A stretch of DNA of 64,000 nucleotides from Candidatus Altimarinota bacterium (lineage in GTDB: Bacteria; Patescibacteriota; Gracilibacteria; UBA4473). Location of the stretch: assembly GCA_965231215.1 (NCBI GenBank), contig OZ246423.1, positions 1,152,001 to 1,216,000 on the forward strand, in the 5' to 3' direction. The translations under genes and the position numbers were made by a program. The notes beneath the pieces were generated by a model, which was not told the DNA's origin, ran no database searches, and saw only the letters and a program-made list of their open reading frames with translations. Shown in pieces: positions 1 to 9,031 of this stretch (positions are counted from its first letter, which is position 1; each line of letters opens with the position of its first letter).

Positions 1-2
1 GA

Positions 3-191
3 TTCATGATGTTTATGGGCCTTGGAGTGATTGCGATATTTACCGCGATTATTACCAAGATGTTTATTGATCACTTCTTTGGAAAGAGGAATCATGTTTG
101 CTATTACTGTCATTACCCACGACATGATTTCGATGCCAAATTCTGTAAAAACTGTGGTAATTCGCTGGATGTAAAGCTCGAAGAAAGTTGA
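3..191 (+). CDS. C-terminal end of probable ion transporter / potassium channel with zinc-ribbon tail (5'-truncated by window)
   Basis: Hydrophobic helix MFMGLGVIAIFTAII resembling a channel inner helix, followed by CxxC...HDFDAKFCKNCG zinc ribbon typical of bacterial ion transporter C-termini. Confidence 0.6.
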   Translation, partial: FMMFMGLGVIAIFTAIITKMFIDHFFGKRNHVCYYCHYPRHDFDAKFCKNCGNSLDVKLEES

Positions 192-289
192 ATCTACCAA
201 TATTTCACCTTCAATAAGAAACGCCTAAACAAAACGAGCTTTTTTTATACGCTTTTATGTTTAGAATGGTCATGATTTAGTAATTTTTT

Positions 290-1357
290 ATGGAAACTTT
301 AAAAAAGAAAATTGATTGGTTCAAACTCACAAAGCCCTACCAAGCCCCAGAAAATTTAAAAAGCTGGTGGCAGATAGCCAGCTCCTTTATAGGATTTGTA
401 GGAATATGGATTGTCGCTTTTTTTGCGCTGAAGATTCATTTTATTTTGATGCTGCCTATTGCTTTTTTAGCGGCACTGTTTGCCGTAAAAATTTTTATTA
501 TTCAGCATGATTGCGGTCATGGATCTTTTTTTAAAAATAAGGTACTGAGAGATCATGTAGGCTCTCTCTGCAGTATTGTTACTATGGTGCCTTATGAAGA
601 GTGGCAGTACAAACATGCTCAACACCATACCCATTTAGGAAAAGAAGAAAACCTGTGGAAAGATATAGGGGATATTGATGTACTTACAAGCAAAGAATAT
701 CTACGACGCTCTAAATGGCAGAGAGCGTATTATTTGTTCTATAGAAATCCTATTATCCTGTTTTTGTTGGGGCCAGCGTATGTATTTTTTATTGAGTATC
801 GGCTTCCACATCCAGCCTTGCGAAAAAAAGAAAACCTTAGATGGAGTGTGTGGAATACTAATATTGGCCTCCTCGCTCTATTTTTTTGGGGCAGTAGTTT
901 TACGGGGGTTTATGCCTTTCTGCTAATTCATTTAATCACCCTTTATTTTGCGACAATAATTGCGGCTTGGCTCTTTTATATTCAACATCAGTTTGAAGAT
1001 CGTTATGTTGAAGAAGCTGAAAACTGGGATTATGCAGAAGCCGCTATCTATGGGAGTTCTTATTTTAAACTTCCAAAGCTTTTACAGTGGTTTACTGGAA
1101 ATATTGGCTTTCACCATATTCACCATCTCAGCCCTACAGTGCCAAACTATAAATTAGAGAAATGTCATAAGGATAATCCCGTGTTTGAGCGAGAAGTATA
1201 TACATTAACGCTGCTTAACTGTTGGGAAACCATGCGACTTAAATTTTGGGACAAAGACCTTAAAAGAATGATCACCTATAAAGAACTTTGTGAATTTTAT
1301 GGACATAAAGATAGGATTTTGAGCCGAATACTATCACTCAGATTAAGGCGTGTGTAA
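290..1357 (+). CDS. des: Membrane fatty acid (acyl-lipid) desaturase, Bacillus Des-like
   Basis: Three His boxes (QHDCGH, HAQHH, FHHIHH), WLFYIQHQFE and WFTGNIG motifs, TM segments. Confidence 0.9.
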   Translation: METLKKKIDWFKLTKPYQAPENLKSWWQIASSFIGFVGIWIVAFFALKIHFILMLPIAFLAALFAVKIFIIQHDCGHGSFFKNKVLRDHVGSLCSIVTMVPYEEWQYKHAQHHTHLGKEENLWKDIGDIDVLTSKEYLRRSKWQRAYYLFYRNPIILFLLGPAYVFFIEYRLPHPALRKKENLRWSVWNTNIGLLALFFWGSSFTGVYAFLLIHLITLYFATIIAAWLFYIQHQFEDRYVEEAENWDYAEAAIYGSSYFKLPKLLQWFTGNIGFHHIHHLSPTVPNYKLEKCHKDNPVFEREVYTLTLLNCWETMRLKFWDKDLKRMITYKELCEFYGHKDRILSRILSLRLRRV

Positions 1358-1362
1358 AAAGT

Positions 1363-2223
1363 CTAAAACTGAAAGTTTAGTTTTTCAGCCGCCTCAATTG
1401 TGTTTTCAATTAAACAAAAAACGGTCATAGGGCCTACTCCACCTGGAACAGGGGAGATAGCTTTGGCTTTTTGTGAGGCACTTTCAAATTCTACGTCTCC
1501 ACAGAGTTTACCATCCTCTTTGCGATGAATCCCTACATCAATTACGGTGCAGCCTTCGGGAATTTGACTTCCCGTAATCATTTCAGGTCTACCAACAGCC
1601 ACGATAAGGATGTCGGCTTTAGCGATTTGAGCCTCAAGGTCTTTGGTCCGGCTGTGACAAATAGTAACAGTAGCATTTTTATTAAGGGCCAAAATTGAGA
1701 CGGGTTTCCCTACAATATTAGAACGCCCAATGACTACTACGTGTTTACCAGATAGTTCTTCACCAGATTCTTCAATCATCCGGATAACTCCTTTGGGGGT
1801 ACAACATTGAAGGCACGGTTCTCCCAGGAAAAGTTTCCCCACATTTTCTGGAGTGAACCCATCTACGTCTTTGGCTGGATCTATCGCTCGTAGAATTTTT
1901 TCCACCGAAATATGATCTGGTACAGGCAATTGAACAATCACGCCGTGAATTTCATCATCGTGGTTTATACGTTCAATTTCTTCTAATATTTTGGCTTCAC
2001 TCACGCTGTCTTCATATCGCCAAGTTTCAGCGACGATACCAGCCCTTTCTGCAAATTTTTCTTTTTGTCGTACGTAACTAGCTGAAGCTGGATGTTCTCC
2101 AATAAGGATTACAATTAACTTTGGGTGAACATTTTTTTTGTTCAATAATTCGACTTTTGGTTTAAGTTCATGATCCAATAAACGTTCTGCGATTTCTTTG
2201 CCAGAGATAATTTGAGCCGTCAT
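1363..2223 (-). CDS. folD: Bifunctional methylene-THF dehydrogenase/cyclohydrolase
   Basis: ASASYV, QLP, KDVDG, GRSNIVGKP, PVPGGVGPMTV motifs. Confidence 0.97.
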   Translation of the reverse strand: MTAQIISGKEIAERLLDHELKPKVELLNKKNVHPKLIVILIGEHPASASYVRQKEKFAERAGIVAETWRYEDSVSEAKILEEIERINHDDEIHGVIVQLPVPDHISVEKILRAIDPAKDVDGFTPENVGKLFLGEPCLQCCTPKGVIRMIEESGEELSGKHVVVIGRSNIVGKPVSILALNKNATVTICHSRTKDLEAQIAKADILIVAVGRPEMITGSQIPEGCTVIDVGIHRKEDGKLCGDVEFESASQKAKAISPVPGGVGPMTVFCLIENTIEAAEKLNFQF

Positions 2224-2243
2224 GATTTTTATAAGAGTAAGAG

Positions 2244-2909
2244 TTATTTCTTTTGTAGCTTTTCTAAAACCAAATTCAAAATTTCTTCACCAATTTCTTC
2301 TCGTCGTCGGAGGTCTCCGTCATTGTCTACCGACATCTTGGTCCATTTGAAGTCATTATCACATCGCTCTAGGGCGACTTCGCGTACTTTTTTGAGATAG
2401 GTTTCGTCAGACTCATGTAAGTCAGCGGTTCGTCCCTTTGCGGCGTGGATTTTGGCACGAGCTTCTTGGCTGGCATCCAAAAAGATCACTAAACTTTCCC
2501 GAGGAAATCCAAAGAGTTCATATTCTAACTTTTCCACATATTTTTTCAGGTCTTCAATTTCGTCATTATTTTGTCCTCGAGCTGGAGTGTAGATCAGGTT
2601 AGAGGTAACCCCTCTATCAAAAATTACCACGTCATGGTCATTCCTCATTTTTTCCACATCCTCAATTTGAAACAACCTGTCAGAAGCATAAAGGCTCGCA
2701 ATCATCTTGGGGTCAAGATCATGAAAGTCCCCCAACTCTCCTCGGAGGTAAGCAGCAATTCTTACACCAGCTGGAGTAATTTCATAGCCGGGGAAACGTT
2801 TCCAACCGACAGCAATATTTTTGGCTTTTAGGTTTTCAAGCAGTAATTCGGTTTGAGTGGATTTTCCACACGCATCTAACCCTTCAAGAACAATAATAGG
2901 CGCTTTCAT
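2244..2909 (-). CDS. tmk: Thymidylate kinase
   Basis: P-loop EGLDACGKST, FP, LYASDR, DR motif. Confidence 0.88.
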   Translation of the reverse strand: MKAPIIVLEGLDACGKSTQTELLLENLKAKNIAVGWKRFPGYEITPAGVRIAAYLRGELGDFHDLDPKMIASLYASDRLFQIEDVEKMRNDHDVVIFDRGVTSNLIYTPARGQNNDEIEDLKKYVEKLEYELFGFPRESLVIFLDASQEARAKIHAAKGRTADLHESDETYLKKVREVALERCDNDFKWTKMSVDNDGDLRRREEIGEEILNLVLEKLQKK

Positions 2910-3169
2910 TCGTTTTTTCCGTACTTAATTTTGCAGATAATAATAGCTATGTAAGAGATTAGTAATAGCGCATTTACGAGGGTTATTGGCCAATCAGATT
3001 TTAGGTACCCATAAATGAGCCATAAAACCGCCGCGGTAGTCAGCATAGAATAAGTTTTCAGTGAGATGTCCTCAACAGATTTGGTGCGCCAAACCTGAAT
3101 AGTTTGCGGCACAAAAGCGACTCCAAGTATAGCGGTAGCAACGTATCCGAGAATATCAACATTTTCCAT
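2906..3169 (-). CDS. SemiSWEET (PQ-loop) sugar transporter
   Basis: FVPQ...TKSVEDIS, WLIYG, PITLVN, three TM helices; start moved to ATG 3169; ATGA overlap with tmk. Confidence 0.9.
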   Translation of the reverse strand: MENVDILGYVATAILGVAFVPQTIQVWRTKSVEDISLKTYSMLTTAAVLWLIYGYLKSDWPITLVNALLLISYIAIIICKIKYGKNE

Positions 3170-3205
3170 TTGTGAGAGGGATTGCGTGCATTGTATTATC
3201 TTCAT

Positions 3206-3943
3206 ATGGAAAATAAACCCAAAATATTCGGAATTTTAAATGTGACACCAGATAGTTTTTCTGATGGTGGGCGATTTCAGGATATCGAAAAAGCTTTAGA
3301 TCAGGCTCAGAATTTATTTAATGACGGGGCTGACTTTATAGACATTGGTGGAGAATCTACGCATCCAGGAGCTCAAGAACTAACGCCTAAACAAGAGTGG
3401 GGGAGAATAGAAGCCATTGTCTCAAAGTGCCTTGACCTCTATCCAGGCAGAGTCTCACTTGATACCCGTAAGCCTGAAATAGCCAAAAATTTTTTGGAAT
3501 TAGGCGGCACTATTATCAATGATGTGTCTGGTTTCCAGGATGAGCGCATGATTGATTTGGCGGTAGAATATGATGCAGTGTGTATTGTAAATCACTTCCC
3601 TGGGACAACTATAGCTGAAGTTCATGAACAAAAAATTAGTTCATCTATGAAAGTTGTAGATGACCTTACTACCAGGGCAGAACAGATGATGTATTTAGGC
3701 GTAAAGAAATCCCAGATTATTTTGGATCCAGGGATTGGGTTTGGGAAAACGATGGAGCTTAATTGGGAGCTTTTGAAGTTTGCAGAATACGTGCCTGAAT
3801 TTAAGGTAATGATAGGACATTCAAAAAAGCGCTTCCTCGGACAAAATCGTTTTGAGGAAGAACCCAATAGAGAAGCCGCCAAAGTAGCAATAAATTCTGG
3901 AGCTAGTTTTCTACGTGTCCACCACCCGCAGTGGGTTGAGTAA
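3206..3943 (+). CDS. folP: Dihydropteroate synthase
   Basis: GILNVTPDSFSDGG, IDIGGEST, INDVSG, DPGIGFGK, RVH; start moved to ATG 3206. Confidence 0.95.
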   Translation: MENKPKIFGILNVTPDSFSDGGRFQDIEKALDQAQNLFNDGADFIDIGGESTHPGAQELTPKQEWGRIEAIVSKCLDLYPGRVSLDTRKPEIAKNFLELGGTIINDVSGFQDERMIDLAVEYDAVCIVNHFPGTTIAEVHEQKISSSMKVVDDLTTRAEQMMYLGVKKSQIILDPGIGFGKTMELNWELLKFAEYVPEFKVMIGHSKKRFLGQNRFEEEPNREAAKVAINSGASFLRVHHPQWVE

Positions 3944-4085
3944 CACCTACACTACGAGCTCGTACAAGGCAGGCTTGCACACCAATTTTAGCATCAGCTA
4001 GATTTAAGCCAGAAGGCAGATCAACATTGCCGCCTCCTTCTACTACTTCTTTGGTTCTTTTGAGAGCCAGTCCACTAGAAGCCAT
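3903..4085 (-). CDS. Putative 60-aa microprotein
   Basis: ATG preceded by TTGACG-16nt-TATGTT-6nt on the minus strand; overlaps the folP 3' end; no recognisable motif. Confidence 0.4.
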   Translation of the reverse strand: MASSGLALKRTKEVVEGGGNVDLPSGLNLADAKIGVQACLVRARSVGVTQPTAGGGHVEN

Positions 4086-4130
4086 ACAGCTAACATAACG
4101 GATTTTTAATACCCGTCAAATTTTTGTGAA

Positions 4131-5570
4131 TTAGGCTTCACTGATAGGGAGAGATTTATTATCTTTAATAATAGCTTCCAGTATAAAGTCCCAGGCTTTA
4201 CTACTAGGGAACTTACTTGAGTCAGATAAAAACGCTTCTAACGACCTTTTTTGAGCTCCATTAAGGGTAACTCTTAACTTGTTTTGAACGTAAGTAGTAA
4301 TCCGTGTAGCGTTAGTTAGCTCAAAGGTTTTTCTAATGTTTCCAATAAGGTTTTCTTTTTCTGGGTCTTTAAGTCTCCGCATGATAATTTCCTTGATATC
4401 CAATAGTTCATTTAGGTCGTTTTGGTTAATCAGTTCAGAAACTCCATCGACACTCGCATGCTGAGTGAGTTTGGCTTCTTTAGCCACTCTTTCGGCTTCT
4501 TTAGCGGAAGCACTTTCAGCTTTTTCTGCGGCTTGTTTTGCTTCAGCTTCCTCAGCCGCTCGGGCTTCGGCTTCAATGTCGTCCTGGGTTTTCCGATCCT
4601 CAAGTAATTTATCCATGACATCTTCTAGTACTTCATAAGCACTTTCTTCGTCTAAGTCGGTTGTTATGAATTTTTCTGGGAATATTCTTCCATTCATAAC
4701 TTGTTGGTAGATAAGTCTGAAAGCTTCTCGTTGTTCTTCATCTAGACCATTAAATCTTTGGATCAGAATGTCAGTTTCCACCATATCTTCAGAATTGAGA
4801 TCTTTTATGAGTTCGGCTGGAGCAGATTCAAATACTAAAATCCCAAAAATAAGGTCTTTGGCTTGTTTCCTGGTAATAACGTCTTGATTCCAGATAACTT
4901 TTATAGCTTCCAAACTCATACTTGTTTTAGCCATCATTTTTGGTGGATCGTTTCGTGGATCCATAGTTTCTTTTCCAATAAGGAACTTCAAAAAGTTTCT
5001 TCGGTCTTCTTTAGTAAGCTCACTACGAACTTTGTTTACTAGCCTTTTAAGTTCAGGCGTCTGGTCATCAAGTTCATCAAGGGGTGGAAGTGTGGCGATC
5101 TCTAGCATAACTTGCTCAAACTTTTCGAATCGTTGTTGTCTTTCAATGGCTATAGACTCTTCCTCACTTCTTAGGGCCGTTACAGTTCTTTCACTAAAGT
5201 CATCAATCGCACCCTGAACTTTTTCTTGATCCAAAGTAACATGAAGGCTTTCGCTCTTGTATTTACCTCTGAAGTAGAGCCGAATGTTTTTTTTCAGATA
5301 GTTATAGAGTGCTTCTACTTTTTCCGCGCTAATTTTTTCTGCATAATGTGGCTCACCTCGCAAAATCTTAATGAGTACAGTAATACTAATATTGGTGTCA
5401 TTGTCTTCATTAAAATCTCTTATGTGTTCTTGAATTTCTCTAATAAAACTAAAGTCCTCTTTGTTTTTTAAAGCTTTCTCTAGAAAGTCAGCTACGCTTT
5501 CAGCGTTATACTCTTTCCCTACAAAATCTTCGTAAGGAATATCCACAACCGTTGGTTTTTGTAATCCCAT
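4131..5570 (-). CDS. Hypothetical protein, charged alpha-helical with an E/A/K-rich stretch
   Basis: 479-aa ORF; TGnTATAAT 6 nt before ATG. Confidence 0.75.
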   Translation of the reverse strand: MGLQKPTVVDIPYEDFVGKEYNAESVADFLEKALKNKEDFSFIREIQEHIRDFNEDNDTNISITVLIKILRGEPHYAEKISAEKVEALYNYLKKNIRLYFRGKYKSESLHVTLDQEKVQGAIDDFSERTVTALRSEEESIAIERQQRFEKFEQVMLEIATLPPLDELDDQTPELKRLVNKVRSELTKEDRRNFLKFLIGKETMDPRNDPPKMMAKTSMSLEAIKVIWNQDVITRKQAKDLIFGILVFESAPAELIKDLNSEDMVETDILIQRFNGLDEEQREAFRLIYQQVMNGRIFPEKFITTDLDEESAYEVLEDVMDKLLEDRKTQDDIEAEARAAEEAEAKQAAEKAESASAKEAERVAKEAKLTQHASVDGVSELINQNDLNELLDIKEIIMRRLKDPEKENLIGNIRKTFELTNATRITTYVQNKLRVTLNGAQKRSLEAFLSDSSKFPSSKAWDFILEAIIKDNKSLPISEA

Positions 5571-5673
5571 TAATTTATTATAACATAAAAATTAAAAATA
5601 TCAAAAATCTAGTTATGTGATTTAGACAACGGTCAATTCTTGCTAAAGTCTTTAATACAGATAGATTTGAACC

Positions 5674-6717
5674 ATGTTCGAAGCTTTTTCTAATATCGTT
5701 TTACAATTCGTTTTCTGGATTCAGGGAACCCCACTGCCCGATGGCCAAGCATTCGAGGTGGAAACTAAAATTCAGAAGGTTGAATTTAAAGAAGAACAGA
5801 ATGAATCTGCTTTGGAAGAAAAATTTACTGACCCCGATTTTTCTCGAATAGGGCTTAAAACCAATACCAATATTACCTCAATTCCATTAAGTGAAGTGTT
5901 AGGCGGAGGGCCGCACAAAGATGGTATTCCGGCTATTACCAATCCTCAAAACTGGGATAGTGTAGAGCAGGCCGCTTCATGGCTAAAAGCAGATCACTTG
6001 GGCGTGCTCTATGAATATGAAGGGGAAAAGCGTTTTTATCCCTATGATATTTTGTACTGGCATGAGATTGTAAATGATCAGATAGGGGATCATGCTTATA
6101 GCGTTACTTTCTGTCCACTTTGCGGGAGTGTGCTGATATTTGATCGATATCTAGATGGGAACCTCTACACCTTTGGGGTGAGTGGAAAACTCTGGGAATC
6201 CAACTTGTTGATGTATGACCAAACAACAGAAACTCTCTGGTCTCAAATCCGAGGGGAAGCGATGGTAGGAGATTTGACTGGTAAAAAATTGAATCTTCTC
6301 TCAAGCCAGGTTCTCAGCTTTACTCAACTTCAGTCTCATCATCCAAAAGCTATTGTAATGACTCCAGAAACGGGGCACAGAAGAGCCTATGGTAGTAGTC
6401 CTTATGGCGACTATGAAACTAATTCAGAGATTATGTTTGGGGTAAAAAATGAAGATAAAACCTTTCATCCAAAAGAACTATTTTATATCGTGAATTATCA
6501 AAGCTATTCTGTAGGATTTCATCTCAAAGACCTAAAACAAAAGAAATTGGCCTCACTTGAGGTTGACGGCAAAACGCTCACGGCTGAATTCACCCGAGAC
6601 AAAAAAATAATAATCCGAAGTCCAGAAAGGCACGTAATACCAGGATATTTTGCCATGTGGTTTTCATGGAAAACACATCAAGACTTGAATAAGTCTTACT
6701 GGTCTGACACTAATTAA
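5674..6717 (+). CDS. DUF3179 family protein
   Basis: GGPHKDGIPAI, WHEIVND, TFCPLCGS, FGVSGKLWESNLLMYD, WSQ, WFSW motifs. Confidence 0.88.
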   Translation: MFEAFSNIVLQFVFWIQGTPLPDGQAFEVETKIQKVEFKEEQNESALEEKFTDPDFSRIGLKTNTNITSIPLSEVLGGGPHKDGIPAITNPQNWDSVEQAASWLKADHLGVLYEYEGEKRFYPYDILYWHEIVNDQIGDHAYSVTFCPLCGSVLIFDRYLDGNLYTFGVSGKLWESNLLMYDQTTETLWSQIRGEAMVGDLTGKKLNLLSSQVLSFTQLQSHHPKAIVMTPETGHRRAYGSSPYGDYETNSEIMFGVKNEDKTFHPKELFYIVNYQSYSVGFHLKDLKQKKLASLEVDGKTLTAEFTRDKKIIIRSPERHVIPGYFAMWFSWKTHQDLNKSYWSDTN

Positions 6718-8297
6718 GGCGCCAGCGTGAGGATGAGCTCATCTACAGAGAATCCTGTTTTCTGAAAACTTACTTTTTTGTTGGTGTCTAGTACTACGAG
6801 AGTGTCTTGGGTAGTAACTCCAAATTTAGTTTTGAGTTCGCTTTCAGTATCATAATCAACCTTGAATATGATAGAATTCCCAACTATTTCGTTAAGTCGG
6901 TTTTCTATCTCTTTATTATGAGCTATGCATTTTGGGCACCAATCTGCGTGAAAAAAGAGCGCTACTTTTTGGTTTCCAAAAGCGGCATTCAAAGCCTCAG
7001 CTGTGAGGGGAACATATTCGGCTATTTCTTGTAAAACAAGAGAAGATCCTGCTACATTTTCGAGCGGAAGTTCAGCGCCAAAAAATTCACGACATTCGGG
7101 GAGCTGTTGTTGGAAACAAGCCTTTTGGGTACAGGCCATTAGTCCACCCGCTTCACCGCGGCTACAAGTATTACACCCATCATACCAAATTTTACAATTA
7201 TCTGGAGGTGTCAGAGGTGGGGTTGGAGTGTCAAAAAATTCACGACATTCAGGGAGCTGTTGTTGAAAACAAGCTCGCTTAGTACAGGCCATTGATCCGC
7301 CCGCTTCACCGCGGTTACAAGTATTACATCCATCATACCAGACTTTACAGTTTTCGGGCGGAGTAGCTGTACTCGGTGGGGCGATTTCAAAGAATTCTAA
7401 ACACCCAGTATCTTTAGTCTGACATTGCGTGAGGCTAGGGCAGATGAAAGGGCTATCTACTTCGATTCTTTCACATTTGGCACATCCATCAGCCCAGACT
7501 TTACAGTCAGAGGAAGCAAGATGGATATCTCCAGGGTTCGTTTCCGGAACTTTGGTTTGAGGTTTATTGGCTTTGATCATGAGTTTCCCATTGACAAAAG
7601 TTCGGCTCGATTTTTCAGTTATATTAGCTTTGATACGGTAAATTATTTCCGCCATTTCCCCTCTAGTGATACTTTTATCAAAGGTTTGAATACTCACAGG
7701 AATAGTATTGTTTTGACCTAGGTGAGTTACGTAGTTCTGATACCAGAGGTCACCTCCTTCTGCGATTTTATAGCCAAAGCTTTTGGTAATAATTTTTGAT
7801 GCCTCAACAAAATTTACATTTTGAGCCGGTCGGAAAGTCCCATCTGGATATCCGTTAATAACACCATTCTTTTTAGCCATACAAATATAAGGGGCAAACC
7901 AGGCATTTACTGGTACATCATCAAATCCGTATTGGTTTGGGCTGCACTGGCTAATTTCTTGAGTGCTAAAGTTAGCAGCTATAACAATTTTGGTGAGTTC
8001 GGCTCGGTTAATAGCCCTTTCTGGTTTGAAGGTTCCGTCATCATATCCTTTTACGATAGACTGATGTTTTACATAAGACACAGCATCATGGTTTTCATGT
8101 TCTAAATCTAAATCTGCAAAACCACTGGCAGCTACCGTACAGTACACTTCACCTGCCCATTCAGTAAATTCTCCTCCATTGGCTTCACAATCAGCTTTGT
8201 GATAAGCCTTTAAAAAAACCGTCCCTGGAGCAAATGAGAGAGCGTATACAGTTGAAAACAAAAATAAACCGAGAGCCGAAAATAAAATTTTTTTCAT
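6714..8297 (-). CDS. Secreted S-layer homology protein with Cys-rich repeats and C-terminal thioredoxin domain
   Basis: Signal peptide; SLH motifs GYDDGTFKPERAINRAE, GYPDGTFRP, ITRGEMA; three CxxWxDGCxxC units; FFHADWCPKC. Confidence 0.85.
   Translation of the reverse strand: MKKILFSALGLFLFSTVYALSFAPGTVFLKAYHKADCEANGGEFTEWAGEVYCTVAASGFADLDLEHENHDAVSYVKHQSIVKGYDDGTFKPERAINRAELTKIVIAANFSTQEISQCSPNQYGFDDVPVNAWFAPYICMAKKNGVINGYPDGTFRPAQNVNFVEASKIITKSFGYKIAEGGDLWYQNYVTHLGQNNTIPVSIQTFDKSITRGEMAEIIYRIKANITEKSSRTFVNGKLMIKANKPQTKVPETNPGDIHLASSDCKVWADGCAKCERIEVDSPFICPSLTQCQTKDTGCLEFFEIAPPSTATPPENCKVWYDGCNTCNRGEAGGSMACTKRACFQQQLPECREFFDTPTPPLTPPDNCKIWYDGCNTCSRGEAGGLMACTQKACFQQQLPECREFFGAELPLENVAGSSLVLQEIAEYVPLTAEALNAAFGNQKVALFFHADWCPKCIAHNKEIENRLNEIVGNSIIFKVDYDTESELKTKFGVTTQDTLVVLDTNKKVSFQKTGFSVDELILTLAP
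7081..7362. repeat. Intragenic tandem duplication, 153-bp (51-aa) period
   Basis: AAAAATTCACGACATTC...GAGCTGTTGTTG at 7081 and 7234, encoding near-identical Cys-rich units. Confidence 0.85.
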
Positions 8298-8392
8298 TAA
8301 AATTTAGATACATCACAAATATACCATAGTTAAACAATTTTGTGACATTGAGAGGTGGTTGACTTTTTATTGAAAAAAATTAAAAGACATTT

Positions 8393-9031
8393 ATGGCATT
8401 TAAACCGAGAGTTATTATGGGCGGAATGGATATAGGTCATCTCACTTTAATAAAAGGAGGGAGAGCTGGTGAACCGCCAGATTTTGAGGGAGATATTTTG
8501 GCTTTTGATTACAAAGCTGACAATTTCGCTAATCCAACTCTTAATGCTCGGCTGGATGCAGTTATGAATTTGTGTGAGGCTCGTAGGTTGGTGCATAAAC
8601 AAATTTGGCAAGATAGACGAGGATTATTTAATGCCCATATTTTGTCAGATCAAAGTTTAGTTGGAGCGGCTTTAGAGGGTGATTACAATGTTGTTAATCA
8701 ACACCCTCATAAATACATTTGTTTTGTAGGAGAAGCCGTTGAGAGAGCTTTGGGGAATGTTCCGCGTATCGAAGGCGAACTGGTTTTTCCTGAGGGAAAG
8801 AAAGCTATGGCTCAAGCCGAAGGGTGCTTTTTGTGGGAACCACTTCAAATTCGAGTTCAAGCCATGATGGCACTTGTAGAAGCTGAAGGATTAGAAATTT
8901 CTAATGGTGTAAAAATTGATAGGACTGACCAAAATTTGATTGAAGCTATAATGGATGGCCACATTGATAAAGATAACGTTGGTGGTTATCTTAACCTTGT
9001 TTCAAACCTATTAAAGAAGGTAGATAATTAG
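8393..9031 (+). CDS. Hypothetical protein
   Basis: 212-aa ORF filling the gap between neighbours; no family recognised. Confidence 0.7.
   Translation: MAFKPRVIMGGMDIGHLTLIKGGRAGEPPDFEGDILAFDYKADNFANPTLNARLDAVMNLCEARRLVHKQIWQDRRGLFNAHILSDQSLVGAALEGDYNVVNQHPHKYICFVGEAVERALGNVPRIEGELVFPEGKKAMAQAEGCFLWEPLQIRVQAMMALVEAEGLEISNGVKIDRTDQNLIEAIMDGHIDKDNVGGYLNLVSNLLKKVDN

Noticed and set aside
3206-3943. Sulfonamide-resistance sul gene
   Set aside because: Ordinary DPGIGFGK motif without the Sul-type insertion; no mobile context
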